A model generated the notes under the pieces. It was not told where the DNA came from and did not search any database. It saw only the letters and a list, made by a program, of their open reading frames with translations. DNA of 62,840 nucleotides, counting the filler, from Basidiobolus ranarum (lineage: Eukaryota), in the NCBI GenBank assembly GCA_040143965.1. It is 3 parts of 3 records of this genome, joined end to end, with 100 filler letters (N's around TTAATTAATTAA, not from the genome) between each part and the next. Parts side by side here need not be neighbours in the genome. Positions count along the whole stretch, not along the records: positions 21,020 to 41,914 come from JASJQH010007094.1; positions 42,015 to 62,840 come from JASJQH010007096.1; 1 more part is not named here. The stretch is one strand, 5' to 3'. Made by a program: the position numbers and the translations under genes. Shown here one piece after another: positions 38,613 to 49,761 of the stretch (its first letter is position 1; each line of letters opens with the position of its first letter).

Positions 38613-39335
38613 TATTAAGAGATGTTACACTAAGAAGCAATCACGCTAGTCTAGAGAAAAATATGTGATGAGAAAGCAAACGATGGAAATAGAAACTTTT
38701 GTCTCGGTTTATATACGTTACTTACTATCCATTGAACACCTAGTTCAGCACCAAGAAGCAATCAAGCATAACGGTAATCTACTTAATGGTATATCCAATA
38801 AGCTAAAATAACACAATAATATTCTCATCTTTAACAGGATACAAGTACACTGTGTTCACCCCTGAGTTTCGAGGGTATTTTGGTATAAAGGGGTGCAGTA
38901 TTTGGCAAAATTCCAACTGAAAGAATTGCTTATATATGCAAAGTGTTATTTTAGCTAAAAGAAAATACTCATGCCAAGTGCGGTGCCATAAGCATCAGTT
39001 ACTGCTTCGAATTACAGAAAGTAATCCAATTCTGAACATCATTCTGTGAGACTCAATTGCCTGACTTAATGATTGCAACTTACTAACTTGTCACTGATTG
39101 ATAGTCATCTCCTTTCTGCAAGGTGGTTCCAAATAAATATGTATTCCACTGACAGCCACTACCCAACGTTTCTTAGGAAACAAAGCCCCGGTTCGCCCGT
39201 GGAAGCATTTACTGCATTCATAAATGATTTACATATCCTTGCTCTAAATTATGCTAGTACTAAGGAGTGGAACTTTTAATATATGAGATATTGATTCAGT
39301 ATTTATTGATTAGAGGGGCAATCAATAGATTTACA

Positions 39336-40226
39336 CTAGCGCCAGATAAAATCAACCCCATTCCCAGTTTTGAAAGAGGCATAGGTTTTGATGTATGGAC
39401 CTCCGTTGAAATTGTAATTGCTAGTGTACACGCTACCATCAGATTCGATACTTTCAACAACTGCTACATGACCAATACCTCCAGTTCCCTGAGCACCAGG
39501 CTGCAAAACGATAATACACGGAGATTTAGGGCTACTGGAAACAGTCCATCCTTTTGACTTGGCATCGTTAGCCCAGTTTAGAGCATCACTTTTCCACTCA
39601 ACATGGTGACCGCTAAGTTGATGATAACGAGCATCGGCCCAGTCGGTACATTGTCCATTTTTGAATTGAAAATCCAATGAACTATCGGCGCTACTGTATC
39701 CTTGGCCCTTTCCTGTACTGGCTGGGCTTTCAGTTTTTGAATTCTTGGGGCTAGATACCTTCGAACCGTTTCCATTGCTGTTGCCATCTACATTTTCATT
39801 ACTGTTTCCATTGGTATTACCATTGCCATTGCTTTTGTTACTCCCATTTGTATTGCCATTGTTTTTGTTACTTCCCGCGGTGTTACCATTACCATTACTA
39901 TACCCATTGGTATTACCATTACCATTGCTTCTGTTGTTCCCATAGTTATTCCCGTTTCCGTTCGTGTTGGAACTGGAGGGTGATTGACCACCACTGTTAC
40001 CACCAGTAGTTTGTCCGTAGTTCTGCTTACCATTTTGATTTTGGTTGTTTCCATTGGAGTAGTTTGGTACATAGGAGTAGTTGCCTCGACGATTGATATT
40101 CGATCCAGTCGTATCGTCTAATCCCAACGATTCAACGTTGGAGCGGTTGATGTTCAATGGTAGGGCTTGCACGGCAAGACCGGATAAATAGAGAGAGATG
40201 ATAACATAAGAATTGATAAGATACAT
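39336..40226 (-). CDS. Secreted CHAP-domain protein with an Asn/Gly-rich low-complexity linker, intronless
   Basis: Signal peptide, NGNGNT-type repeats, then a C-terminal FKNGQCTDWADARY..DALNWA..GHVAVVE..SNYN domain. Paralog of 38166..38612. Confidence 0.88.
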   Translation of the reverse strand: MYLINSYVIISLYLSGLAVQALPLNINRSNVESLGLDDTTGSNINRRGNYSYVPNYSNGNNQNQNGKQNYGQTTGGNSGGQSPSSSNTNGNGNNYGNNRSNGNGNTNGYSNGNGNTAGSNKNNGNTNGSNKSNGNGNTNGNSNENVDGNSNGNGSKVSSPKNSKTESPASTGKGQGYSSADSSLDFQFKNGQCTDWADARYHQLSGHHVEWKSDALNWANDAKSKGWTVSSSPKSPCIIVLQPGAQGTGGIGHVAVVESIESDGSVYTSNYNFNGGPYIKTYASFKTGNGVDFIWR

Positions 40227-40783
40227 GTTTATACAGTCACTTTGCCAGAAAGTTGGACTACAAAGGTAAAGAAATAGAGTGAATTGAGAATCTCTAGCTG
40301 GTTAGTGCCGCCATATATACTATCGACGGACTAAGGTACCTTGCATCGACTAGCGTGATAATAAATTCCCCATTTCCCCCATCTAGTTGATTCAGGAACA
40401 TCGAGGTGTAATATTCATTGAAGAGTGAATTCTGACCTCTGCTATAGCTAGGGTGGTTCATTTTACTACGAATTTGTATTAGCAATCTATCATTCAAGCA
40501 AAATCCAAGACATTGTTTCCATTTGTTAATAGATTTATCGCACGCGAAACAGAAAAGGAGACCATTAATATACACATATTGCAAGGCTCTAGCCCTACTT
40601 GTAACGAGAACATCAAATAGACAAGAATATAAACAATTCTCAAGAAACATTTATATTGAATACAAATTGCTCTCTCCTAGAAATCTACATCTGCCCCGCA
40701 AGAAAGCTTTCACATATACAAGATAACGGATTGAATGGGGGGAGGGGAATCTACTAAATCAACACCGCCAAACATTTTGTAAT

Positions 40784-41490
40784 TTATGCAACGGTTTCAT
40801 TTCTACTTTTCCACAAAGTCGCCTCATTCTTTAAAATATCCCATCTGTTGCGACACTCAATGCTCGTTTTACCCTTTATTTTTTTGGCAATTGCTTTCCA
40901 ATCACCAAATCCAACAGTTTTGATTGCCTTGAGAAGTGCATTGTCAAGTCTCAAACTCCAATCCTCATTAGACGAATTTAATATCTGCGAATATCTAGAT
41001 CGTATCTGACCACTAGTATAAGTGGAAAATCCATTCTGTTGAATAACATCCCAAGAATCTCCGTGTTCTTTCATCATTTTTAAAAGGAGTTCGTCTTCTT
41101 CAGGAGTAAATGGTATTACCTCAGTAGTCTCGGTTTCTTCAACAGGTTGACTTTTTTCAACTCTGATTTCGGCATTCGGGGCTTTATTGGTCTTGGGTTT
41201 TTTACCTTCTAAAACTGGTTTTAAGGTAACCATATAATGATAGCGCAAAGTTTGAGGCTGTCGATTTGAAAAATGTTCAGAAAATTGGCCCCATTTCCTT
41301 CCGTACAACTTCACATAACGTATCAGTTTCTCATCATCTTCAGGTGTCCAAATTAAAGTACGTAATGCAGACGTAGTAGAGAAAGGTCGAACTTTTAAGG
41401 AACCTAAATTAAGGTACTTGTGTTAGGATAAGTACTAGTTTGACCTGTATTGTACTCTAACTTACTTCTTGTTAGACTCCACCAGTTCAT
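40784..41490 (-). CDS. Myb/SANT-repeat protein (3 repeats) with a putative mitochondrial presequence; exons 41490..41466 and 41403..40784
   Basis: Repeats WTPEDDEKL..YGRKW, FTPEEDELL..HGDSW and WSLRLDNAL..GDWKAIAKKIKGKTSIECRNRW. Intron 41404-41465 (GTAAGT..TAG) gives the N-terminus MNWWSLTRSSLKVRPFSTTSALR. Confidence 0.85.
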
Positions 41491-41685
41491 TGTAAAGAAA
41501 TATTTGAACTGTTGTTTGTTAACAATAACGAATCTTTTTCTTTTCGAGAATTCATCGAATTTTTATGATGTCATGATTATGGAATAAAATATCGTTTATA
41601 TTTCTATTTCTAGTTGGAAAATTAATCAAAATTTTGGGAAAGATTAAATTTACATGGTGTAAGAGGAGATTTAAGCTACTCTAAT

Positions 41686-41914
41686 TCAATTCGCTGAAGT
41701 GGAAGCAACTTCACCTGATGTGGGTTCTATTTGTTCTACATTTTGTCCAACTACGAGTCGATGGTCTTTGAAGAGAGTGTATGTATCGACTGGGGTACTA
41801 AAGCGGTCACTGGATCCTCCAAAAAAAGTCTCGAAGTCGATACCAGTGTAGCCTACCGTATCATTCACTCTCCATATTAGTTGATTATAATCTATCACCA
41901 CTTCATCGTCGTAC
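41686..41914 (-). CDS. 3' fragment of a polysaccharide lyase family 14-like protein (5' part lost in the gap)
   Basis: GIDFETFFGGSSDRFSTPVDTYTLFKD resembles the conserved PL14 C-terminal F.TFFGG....TP motif. Confidence 0.6.
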
Positions 41915-42013
41915 NNNNNNNNNNNNNNNNNNNNNNNNNNNNNNNNNNNNNNNNNNNNTTAATTAATTAANNNNNNNNNNNNNNNNNNNNNNNNNNNNNN
42001 NNNNNNNNNNNNN
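41915..42013. other. Assembly gap with artificial TTAATTAATTAA linker
   Basis: N-run, linker, N-run. Confidence 0.97.
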
Positions 42014-43090
42014 NGTGCCATTCTGGCTGGATTATGAAATATTTCCGGATTATTCTGGATCAGAGAGGAGTATATTTCGAAAGTGGAAATCCCCCTCTGA
42101 CGCAATTCTACATCCACGTCGCAGGGATTCTTCAGGAATTTCTCTATCTTGACTGCAGAAGACGAAAGTTTATCCTGCTCGTAATACATGATATGAAGAG
42201 CCTGGGCGATCATTTGAAAAGGTCTAGCTCTACGCGAATCTACCACTGACTTGAGTAATGGGAAGTTCTCTACAATATATCCTACAAGACTGGACATGGG
42301 ACTTGGGATGGCTTGGAGTTTTTCTAAAATATCCCAGAATTAGACTATTTCATGGCAAGTGATCCTGAACATACCTCCAGTAGTCAATGATACACCCAGT
42401 TGAACCCTGGAAAATATCTCATGCTGAATATTCAACGTTAGCCCATGGATAACCTCAATATTATCCTAAACATAATCACCTCCTGGTCGGAGGTCAGGTT
42501 ATAGTACTCCACTAACATACATCAGTCAATAACAAGTCAATAAAGACATGAACTTCACCAAAAAACTATCAATGATCCCACCACAAATGACATCTTTGTG
42601 CTGGAAAGTCTCCTGCTCCTCTGTTGTGAGACCACATTTTCCTGCAACATCACCAGCTACAGAAAAGAACTTCTTCGTTGGACGCTCTTCATACGGATCC
42701 AAATGTGGGATTTGATTGTTCACGAACCTAAAAGGGAGCTGAGCAACCTATTCAGCATATAGTGGGCTTGGGGAAGTACCTTCGAATCGCTGTTAATCTT
42801 TGCTTTCCATCGATACATACCCGTATTATCCTTCCATCGTGACCCTGCTTACATGAAAAGATAACCGGAGGTACGTAGTAATTTTTAATCACGGAGTCTA
42901 TCAAGTAGGACATCTTTTTCTCTAACAGAACACAATCAACCACTTAGATATGAACCGAGCCAATCATGTAAAATAATAGCAGTACATATACAAACCTGGC
43001 CAAACAATATCCCGTTGAAATGTAGGCGCTGAAGCTGGTTAGTCGTACAGAATTAAGTACATGGAGAAATTAGGCTTACAAAGTTCAACC
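42014..43090 (-). CDS. DUF262 (GmrSD-N/ParB-Srx-like) domain protein, intron-containing; 5' end uncertain, 3' end truncated by the gap
   Basis: PTFQRDIVWP|EKKMSYLIDSVIKNYYVPPVIF..CIDGKQRLTAI and IFSRVQLGVSLT match the DUF262 QR, DGxQR and FxRxN/Q motifs. Confidence 0.8.
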
Positions 43091-43661
43091 AAGCCACAAT
43101 CCATAAATTCTATTATTGGAGCAGACTTTAGTATTTCTCTCATCATTTGCAAGAACCAGACATCCCCTACCGCACAACTTGTATATCATATGGCCCAGGT
43201 TGTTTGGTTTCTTAAGGCAGTCCATGGGGAAGAGGTAGTACTCACTTGGGAGACATGGAAGATCGCTTTCTATACAACTCTCCATCAATTAAGTGATCAA
43301 TTATTCGAATCCAATGTCATGGCAGCATCTAAAGTAGGATCAACTATGTCATCATACATCTGTTGAGTCTGTAGACCAAAGCTGATTCAATAGAACGTTG
43401 CAAAAGAACCTCGGCTTAATTGTATGAATCACCACATCACGGAAAACCATACTACAATGCACCGTTTAGTCAAGTAGTCGGACCCCATCAAACCAGTCGG
43501 CAACAAAAGAAACAATAACTCACTATGGTGATCTCCGCGTGACCTGTAGGGATACATCGGAGTAGGGGAATTGCCTTAGCTTCTCAGTCATTGCGTAACA
43601 GTAAAGGGGCAACGGAAAATATGTGAGTTAGGGCTAGGGTTGATGTAATAGAAATGGTATT

Positions 43662-43698
43662 CATTCACCCGATGCCATTCACCCGATGCCATTCACCC
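43662..43698. repeat. 14-bp tandem repeat CATTCACCCGATGC x2.6
   Basis: Directly visible, between the divergent DUF262 and carbonic anhydrase genes. Confidence 0.85.
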
Positions 43699-43975
43699 TC
43701 TGTAGTAACAAGCCGAAGATTCGTGGGAATGTTGTCGGCTTGGTGTAACTATGATAAACATATCTCTTTGTACTAGTGATTGCAAAAATATAGTTGGCAA
43801 TTCATCATGTAATGTAGTAACTCGGCACTCAATCAAGTAATCACTGAGACCGTTATGCGGTCAAATGGGATATAAAAATACCTAGATGGTGCATCCCAAT
43901 GCAAATTTAAGCCATTCAATTCAATCCTTCAGCCACTTTCCCTCTCTACTTGGAAATTTTAATAGCTAACCATAT

Positions 43976-45260
43976 ATGTTTAAACTTCGCGCAGGTATTA
44001 GGTAAGTACACCAATTCCTTGAACAATTGAACTTTACTCATACTACTTCCCACTCAGTGTCCTATTGACCAAGGTGTCACCAAGCTTGAACGTTGTTCGA
44101 AATTCCTCAGTGAGAGCTTTCTCTGTTTCTCCTGTAATATGTAAACGAACCACTCCAATATTATATAATCCATTACCGAGCACTGAAGGTACTTTTTTTC
44201 ACCTATATTTTTCTCACCAATCTTCTTGAAATCTCGAACTAAACATATATTTTTTAGCTGAAAGAGTGAACGGTAAACAAAAAATAAAGAATATAGAGCC
44301 TTATTCGAGAGAGAAAAGTCCGTTGACCTCACTGTTAAATAAAAACGCGAAGTGGTCGGAAGATGTTCATACCTCAGATCCCACTTTCTTCTCCCGCTCA
44401 GCTCAGAAACAAAGTCCAAATATCCTCTGGATAGGTACTTTTCTTTTCGTTAAGAAACTCCATCCTTCTTTTTAAAACCTATTTATCTAAAACAACTGTA
44501 TTTTCAGGGTGCTCTGATTCTAGAGTTTCAGCTGAGCAAATTGTTGGCGCAGGTATTATTAAAGATATATATATGTATTGATAATTCTTGATATTAACCG
44601 ACGCGTTCTATTAGGTCCTGGAGAACTTTTCGTTCATCGTAATATCGCAAATTTATGTATACATACGGACCTTAACTGTTTATCGGTAATTCAGTATGCC
44701 GTAGACGTGCTTAAGATTGAACATATCATTGTGTGTGGTATGTGAATTCCTTTCTCCTTAATAATTATGTACATGTAAGACTAACCCTAACCCCTCCCCC
44801 CAAATCAAGGACATTACGGTTGTGGAGGAATCAATGCAGCCATGCACCCCGAACCCCTTGGACTTATTGATAACTGGCTAGTTAAGATCAAGGATGTATA
44901 TGCAGCAAACAAGGAAAAATTCGAAGGTATGTCCGATTGTTTAAGATTCGATTCAACAGAAATACTAATGACTGTTGCGAAATAGGTATCAATGATCAGA
45001 AATCAAGAGAGGACCTGCTCGCCGAATTGAATGTTGGAGACACTGTGCAATCCATTTGCCACACAGCCATTGTTCAACAAGCGTGGAAGCGTGGACAGAA
45101 GGTTAGTGTCCATGGGTGGATGTACGAGGTAGAAGATGGCCTCATCAACGAATTGGGCTGGTGCGTCAGTAGCTCCGAACAATTGGAATCTGTCTATGTA
45201 TACGAAAACCCGCGTCCTCTCAAGCATCAGCGACACAAGAACATCGAATCCAAGGAATAA
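43976..45260 (+). CDS. Beta-carbonic anhydrase, copy 1, with a probable mitochondrial presequence; multi-exon
   Basis: [20 protein letters not shown] leader, [40 protein letters not shown] and VHGWMY. Confidence 0.93.
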
Positions 45261-46072
45261 ATCAAGGAACTGAATTCATTGGTGAGATTATGCTGATACC
45301 ATCACCATACCATCATCATACCACCATCTATCATTGTTACAGATTATGATTTTCATGTAAAGTACTATTCAAGTATAATTAAAATTAATCTTGTTTACCC
45401 AATTGATCAAGTAATAGTTAACCCAATTTCGCTTATCTACAACTAATCTTGTTTATTTCCACTTGGCTTATATCACAGAAACATCACCATATTAGGCTAA
45501 CGCAATATTCCATATTTCGAATGGAAACAAACCTTAATAGGCATGCAAGCGTGTCACGAGATCACATATTTTCTGATCAGGGAAGTCACAAGGCAGTAAG
45601 TCCACAGATCCTGATTACAGACTAAGGTTCTAATTGGTGGTAATGATTGGGAAGAATTAGGTAACATTAGCATTGCATTTATTGGCATGCAGCTGTCATG
45701 CATGGTTGTGGGATCCTGTGATAAGCTTTATCTAAGGTCTCCACACGTATATATCTATTTTAATAGCGGATGTACGGGTATGCCGTTCGAAGGGATAACC
45801 AATAGCTTATTTTGGTAACAGTGCACAAGATAACCCAAACAATCGCTTCGAAATTATCTCAAAGAATGTCACCCCCTCCACTCGCCGCTAATATTTTCAT
45901 TGACAACCTAAACTGAGTACTCGATTCGGACTTTTTAATCATCCCATTTACACCACTCCTTTGGAAATAACCGATGCACCTCTGATTGGGCTGCAAACCT
46001 CAGTCTGGGTATGAAATATAAGAATGCCTCTGGGCCGTAGTATCACAATATACCGTTTACCTTACAATAATA

Positions 46073-46530
46073 ATGCTTACTAGAGATATTCCCCAAGGTA
46101 CGTGACTTATGGAGCCTTCGTTGGGTTTATGTTCTGACCTTGTTTCTTTATCCAGAAGAGAAGTTTGGTGTTATCCAAAGCATAATGCTCAGCAGGGAAG
46201 CTGCCCAAGGTAGGTGAACTACGAATCCTTCATCAAGGTTCTTTTCTGACCTTATTTATCCATTCAAAAGAACAAAAACTGGCTAGTATGCTCTTGAGCA
46301 ACACAGCGCTCAGTGGTAGCATCCCCCAAGGTATGTAAACTAGGAATCCCTCGCTAAGCTCACTCACTGACTTTATTTATCCACCCAGAGGAAGATAAGA
46401 AAGTTAGCATCATAAACAACATGCTGCTCGGTAGAAATAATCCACACGGTACGCGAGCTATAAATCCTTCGTTAAAACCGTTTTCTGACGTTGTTTGTCC
46501 ATTTAGAAGATAAGTTGGCTGGTATGCTCC
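46073..46530 (+). repeat. Four ~115-120 bp tandem exon+intron units
   Basis: Introns 46098-46155, 46210-46270, 46331-46388 and 46449-46506 are visibly homologous (GTA.G...CTA..AATCCTTC....CTGAC.TT.TTT.TCCA..AG). Each follows C(A/C)CA(A/C)G at the exon end. Confidence 0.85.
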
Positions 46531-47360
46531 AGAGAAACAAAGAGTGGGCTAGAAAGGTTCGATACGAGCAACCCAATTTCTTTTCGAACTCAGCGAAAGG
46601 CCAAAGTCCTAAAATTCTTTGGATCGGTTGTTCGGATTCCAGAGTTCCCGCTGAACAAATTGTTCAATGTGGTATGTGATTTTGGTACCCTTCTATGGTT
46701 GGTTCTATCGTAAATACTTAACCGCTAAATACACCTTAGCTCCTGGAGATCTTTTTGTTCATCGTAATATTGCCAACTTGTGTCTTCACACGGATATGAA
46801 TTGCCTGTCGGTGCTTCAATATGCTGTCGATGTTCTCAAAGTGGAGCATATCGTTGTTTGCGGTATGTAACAAGTCAGGATTGATGACTATTTTAAGATT
46901 ATTAATCCTATTTAATAGGCCACTATGGTTGTGGTGGCGTTAAAGCAGCCATTGCTAATCAATTCCATGGTTTGATCGACTCTTGGTTGTGTAACATCAA
47001 GGATGTCTACAGAGGTTGGTTGCTTCTTTTTTGAATTCTGGTAAAGACTGAAAACTGATTGTTATCTCAATAGCCAACAGATCTCATCTTGAAGCAGTCG
47101 AGGATATTAGTGCTAGACAAGATCTCTTGGTTGAACTTAATGTAGGTAACACGGTACATAATGTCTGTCATAGCCCAGTCGTTCAAGCAGCGTGGGAACG
47201 TAACCAACCATTGTCGGTGCACGCTTGGTGTTATGGATTGGAGGATGGCCTAATTCGTGAGTTGGGTTTGGTCGTTTCCAAGAAAAACGAGGTCGAAGCG
47301 GTATATAAAATGGAAGTCATAGATAAAACTCTTAGCACCAAAGCTAGTGAGTCCCACTAA
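46073..47360 (+). CDS. Beta-carbonic anhydrase, copy 2, with a repetitive multi-exon N-terminus
   Basis: [48 protein letters not shown] and [12 protein letters not shown]-terminal exons at 46073-46097, 46156-46209, 46271-46330 and 46389-46448. Confidence 0.93.
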
Positions 47361-47705
47361 GTCAGGCCCACACGGCCAATAACCTATATCATACTTGTAA
47401 TTTTACACCGTCTATTCTGTTATCTGATAACCACTATATTAAATAAATTCACAATCTACTTGATCTTTCATCGGTACTGTTGCACCAAGCAAGTGCTTTT
47501 TTTTCTGACCCTTTTTTTCTTTTTTTTTGCCTCTGGATTGATTTGGGCGATTGGAGTGATTTGGGTGGAACAAGAGTATTTCGTGCAGTGAGTGCATAGT
47601 CTATTTCTTGAAAATCTGATTTGTAAGATTATTAATCAGATCCTTTTTCTAATCTTTATTTATCAAATACTCGTGCTGTTCACCGATAACTAAAACACTT
47701 CCAAG

Positions 47706-48845
47706 ATGGAGACTAAATGGATTCAAGTCAACGCCGATTCCTACCCATTTACTTCTGATTTGGAAGTATCTCAGTACACCAACAACCTTCAGGATGACCC
47801 TTTATCAGAAGCAGCCAAACTATTAACCGACGACGAGGTAGTCGCTCTACCAACAGAGACGGTATACGGTCTAGCGGGAAATGCTTTTTCAGAAGCTAGT
47901 GTGAGGAAGATTTTTCAAGTCAAGAATAGGCCAGCAGATAATCCCTTAATTGTTCACGTATCTTCTTTGGAAATGTTAAGATCTTTACTTCCCGAAGGAA
48001 AAATCCCTCTTATTTATAGTGAAGTAATTAAGAAGTTTTGGCCCGGTCCTTTGACCATTCTTCTTCCTTGTTCGAAGTTGATCCCTTCCATTGTCACTTG
48101 TAATCAACCCACTGTAGCTATTCGTTTTCCTTCCCACCCAGTCGCCCGTGCTTTGATAGATCTATGTGGATTTCCCCTGGCTGCTCCCTCAGCCAATTCT
48201 TCCGGAAAACCTTCCCCTACTTTGGCTAAACACGTTTACAAAGACTTGAACGGAAAGATTCCCATGATAATCGACGGCGGTCAGTGCGACGTAGGACTGG
48301 AGTCTACTGTGTTGGATGCTCTAAGAAACCCACCAGTCATTCTTAGACCAGGTGGCGTAACATATGAAGAACTAGTCAAAATCCCCGGTTACTCGGAACT
48401 TAAAGTATACAAAAAAGATTTCGTGGATAAAGCCTTGGAAATGGTACCTACTACACCAGGTATGAAGTATCGACATTACTCACCTGAAGCCGAAGTGATT
48501 TTATTTGAATGTGAAGGAAATAGTATAGAAATCAATACGAAATTACTCGCAATTCGACAAGAAATTCAATCACTGGAAACCTCGGGAAAAAGTAAATTTG
48601 GAATTTTGAGAACTACTCCTATTGAATCCGATACTAAAGTTTACGGAGATCGAGAATATATTGAAATTGCTATGGGAGATGCACGTCAGCCTGAACAGGT
48701 GGCAAAGGAACTATTTAAGGCTTTCAGGTACCTTGATGAGTTGAATGTTGACTCTATTCTTGTGGAGGGAATTCTAGAGTCTGATGAGGGTCTCGCCGTT
48801 ATGAATCGTTTAAGAAAAGCCGCCTCTCGTATCATCAAGTGCTAG
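47706..48845 (+). CDS. SUA5: Threonylcarbamoyl-AMP synthase
   Basis: VALPTETVYGL, KNRPADNPLIVH, FWPGPLT, LAAPSANSSG, GLESTV, PGMKYRHYSP and AVMNRLRKAA. Confidence 0.97.
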   Translation: METKWIQVNADSYPFTSDLEVSQYTNNLQDDPLSEAAKLLTDDEVVALPTETVYGLAGNAFSEASVRKIFQVKNRPADNPLIVHVSSLEMLRSLLPEGKIPLIYSEVIKKFWPGPLTILLPCSKLIPSIVTCNQPTVAIRFPSHPVARALIDLCGFPLAAPSANSSGKPSPTLAKHVYKDLNGKIPMIIDGGQCDVGLESTVLDALRNPPVILRPGGVTYEELVKIPGYSELKVYKKDFVDKALEMVPTTPGMKYRHYSPEAEVILFECEGNSIEINTKLLAIRQEIQSLETSGKSKFGILRTTPIESDTKVYGDREYIEIAMGDARQPEQVAKELFKAFRYLDELNVDSILVEGILESDEGLAVMNRLRKAASRIIKC

Positions 48846-49140
48846 TATTGCTATCTACTTCCCACGTTTTCAACCCATTTCCCCTCCACTCATCATAACC
48901 ATCTTTTAATGTACCATAAGCTTCATCGTGTAAGAATTTTCCCTAGAGAAGCTGCATCTGTTTTTGACTAAAGGTCGGGATAAATAGAGATTTCGTTTCC
49001 TCCTAGGATACCCAGTTTATTACATATATATTGGATACTATTCGAGTGACCATGACTACGCTAAAGATATAAACGTATGGGATCATGTGTTTAAATGATG
49101 TTCTTGGCTTCAAACCTCGGGTTGTATTGTAGTTATCCAT

Positions 49141-49761
49141 CTATTTGGAAGATTTCTCTCCTTGAATAGTAACCACCAACTTTCTAGCTCCACCATAGTC
49201 ACGATGTTCGCAAAGCCAAATCCTATCGGAAAAGAAAATGTGAATAAAATTACTACGAAACATGTCATTCTATCACCTACCCTTGCCATGTGCCTAGCGC
49301 GAGTCGGCCATTAGAAATGGGTATGTTAAGTGAGACGCCAAATAAAGAACTTTTAACATGGCCAGGCTAAAAAATCTCAATAAGATATCCTTGGTGTTTA
49401 AATATTCTCTCAAGTTTAACATACCATATCATCTGCTCCCTCCATAGTGTGGATATAAGGAGCATTCTCCGGTGCTATACGATTTAACATCATTTCCATG
49501 TCAACTCGTACGTCGGGATCACAGTTCTCGTTGATAGTAAGAGAGGCACTACTGTGTTGTACTGGATAATATGTTTTGTTGGTTAATGAGGACAGAAGTA
49601 GAATTTGTTGAGAATTCAAAAGATAGAAACATACGGAAGAAGTTGGCCATGCCAACTTTATATTGCTTGATTTGTGGAACTTGTGCGAGGATTTCATCGG
49701 TAACCAAGTGACAACCACGTTTTTTCGCAGAAAAACGAACGTTTGCTTGTGCCCAAGACAT
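49141..49761 (-). CDS. YjbQ/UPF0047-family protein, 4 exons
   Basis: [49 protein letters not shown] and [15 protein letters not shown]. Confidence 0.92.

Noticed and set aside
46073-46530. CRISPR-like repeat-spacer appearance
   Set aside because: The repeats are degenerate spliceosomal introns (GT..CTGAC..AG) inside a eukaryotic gene, and no cas genes are present.
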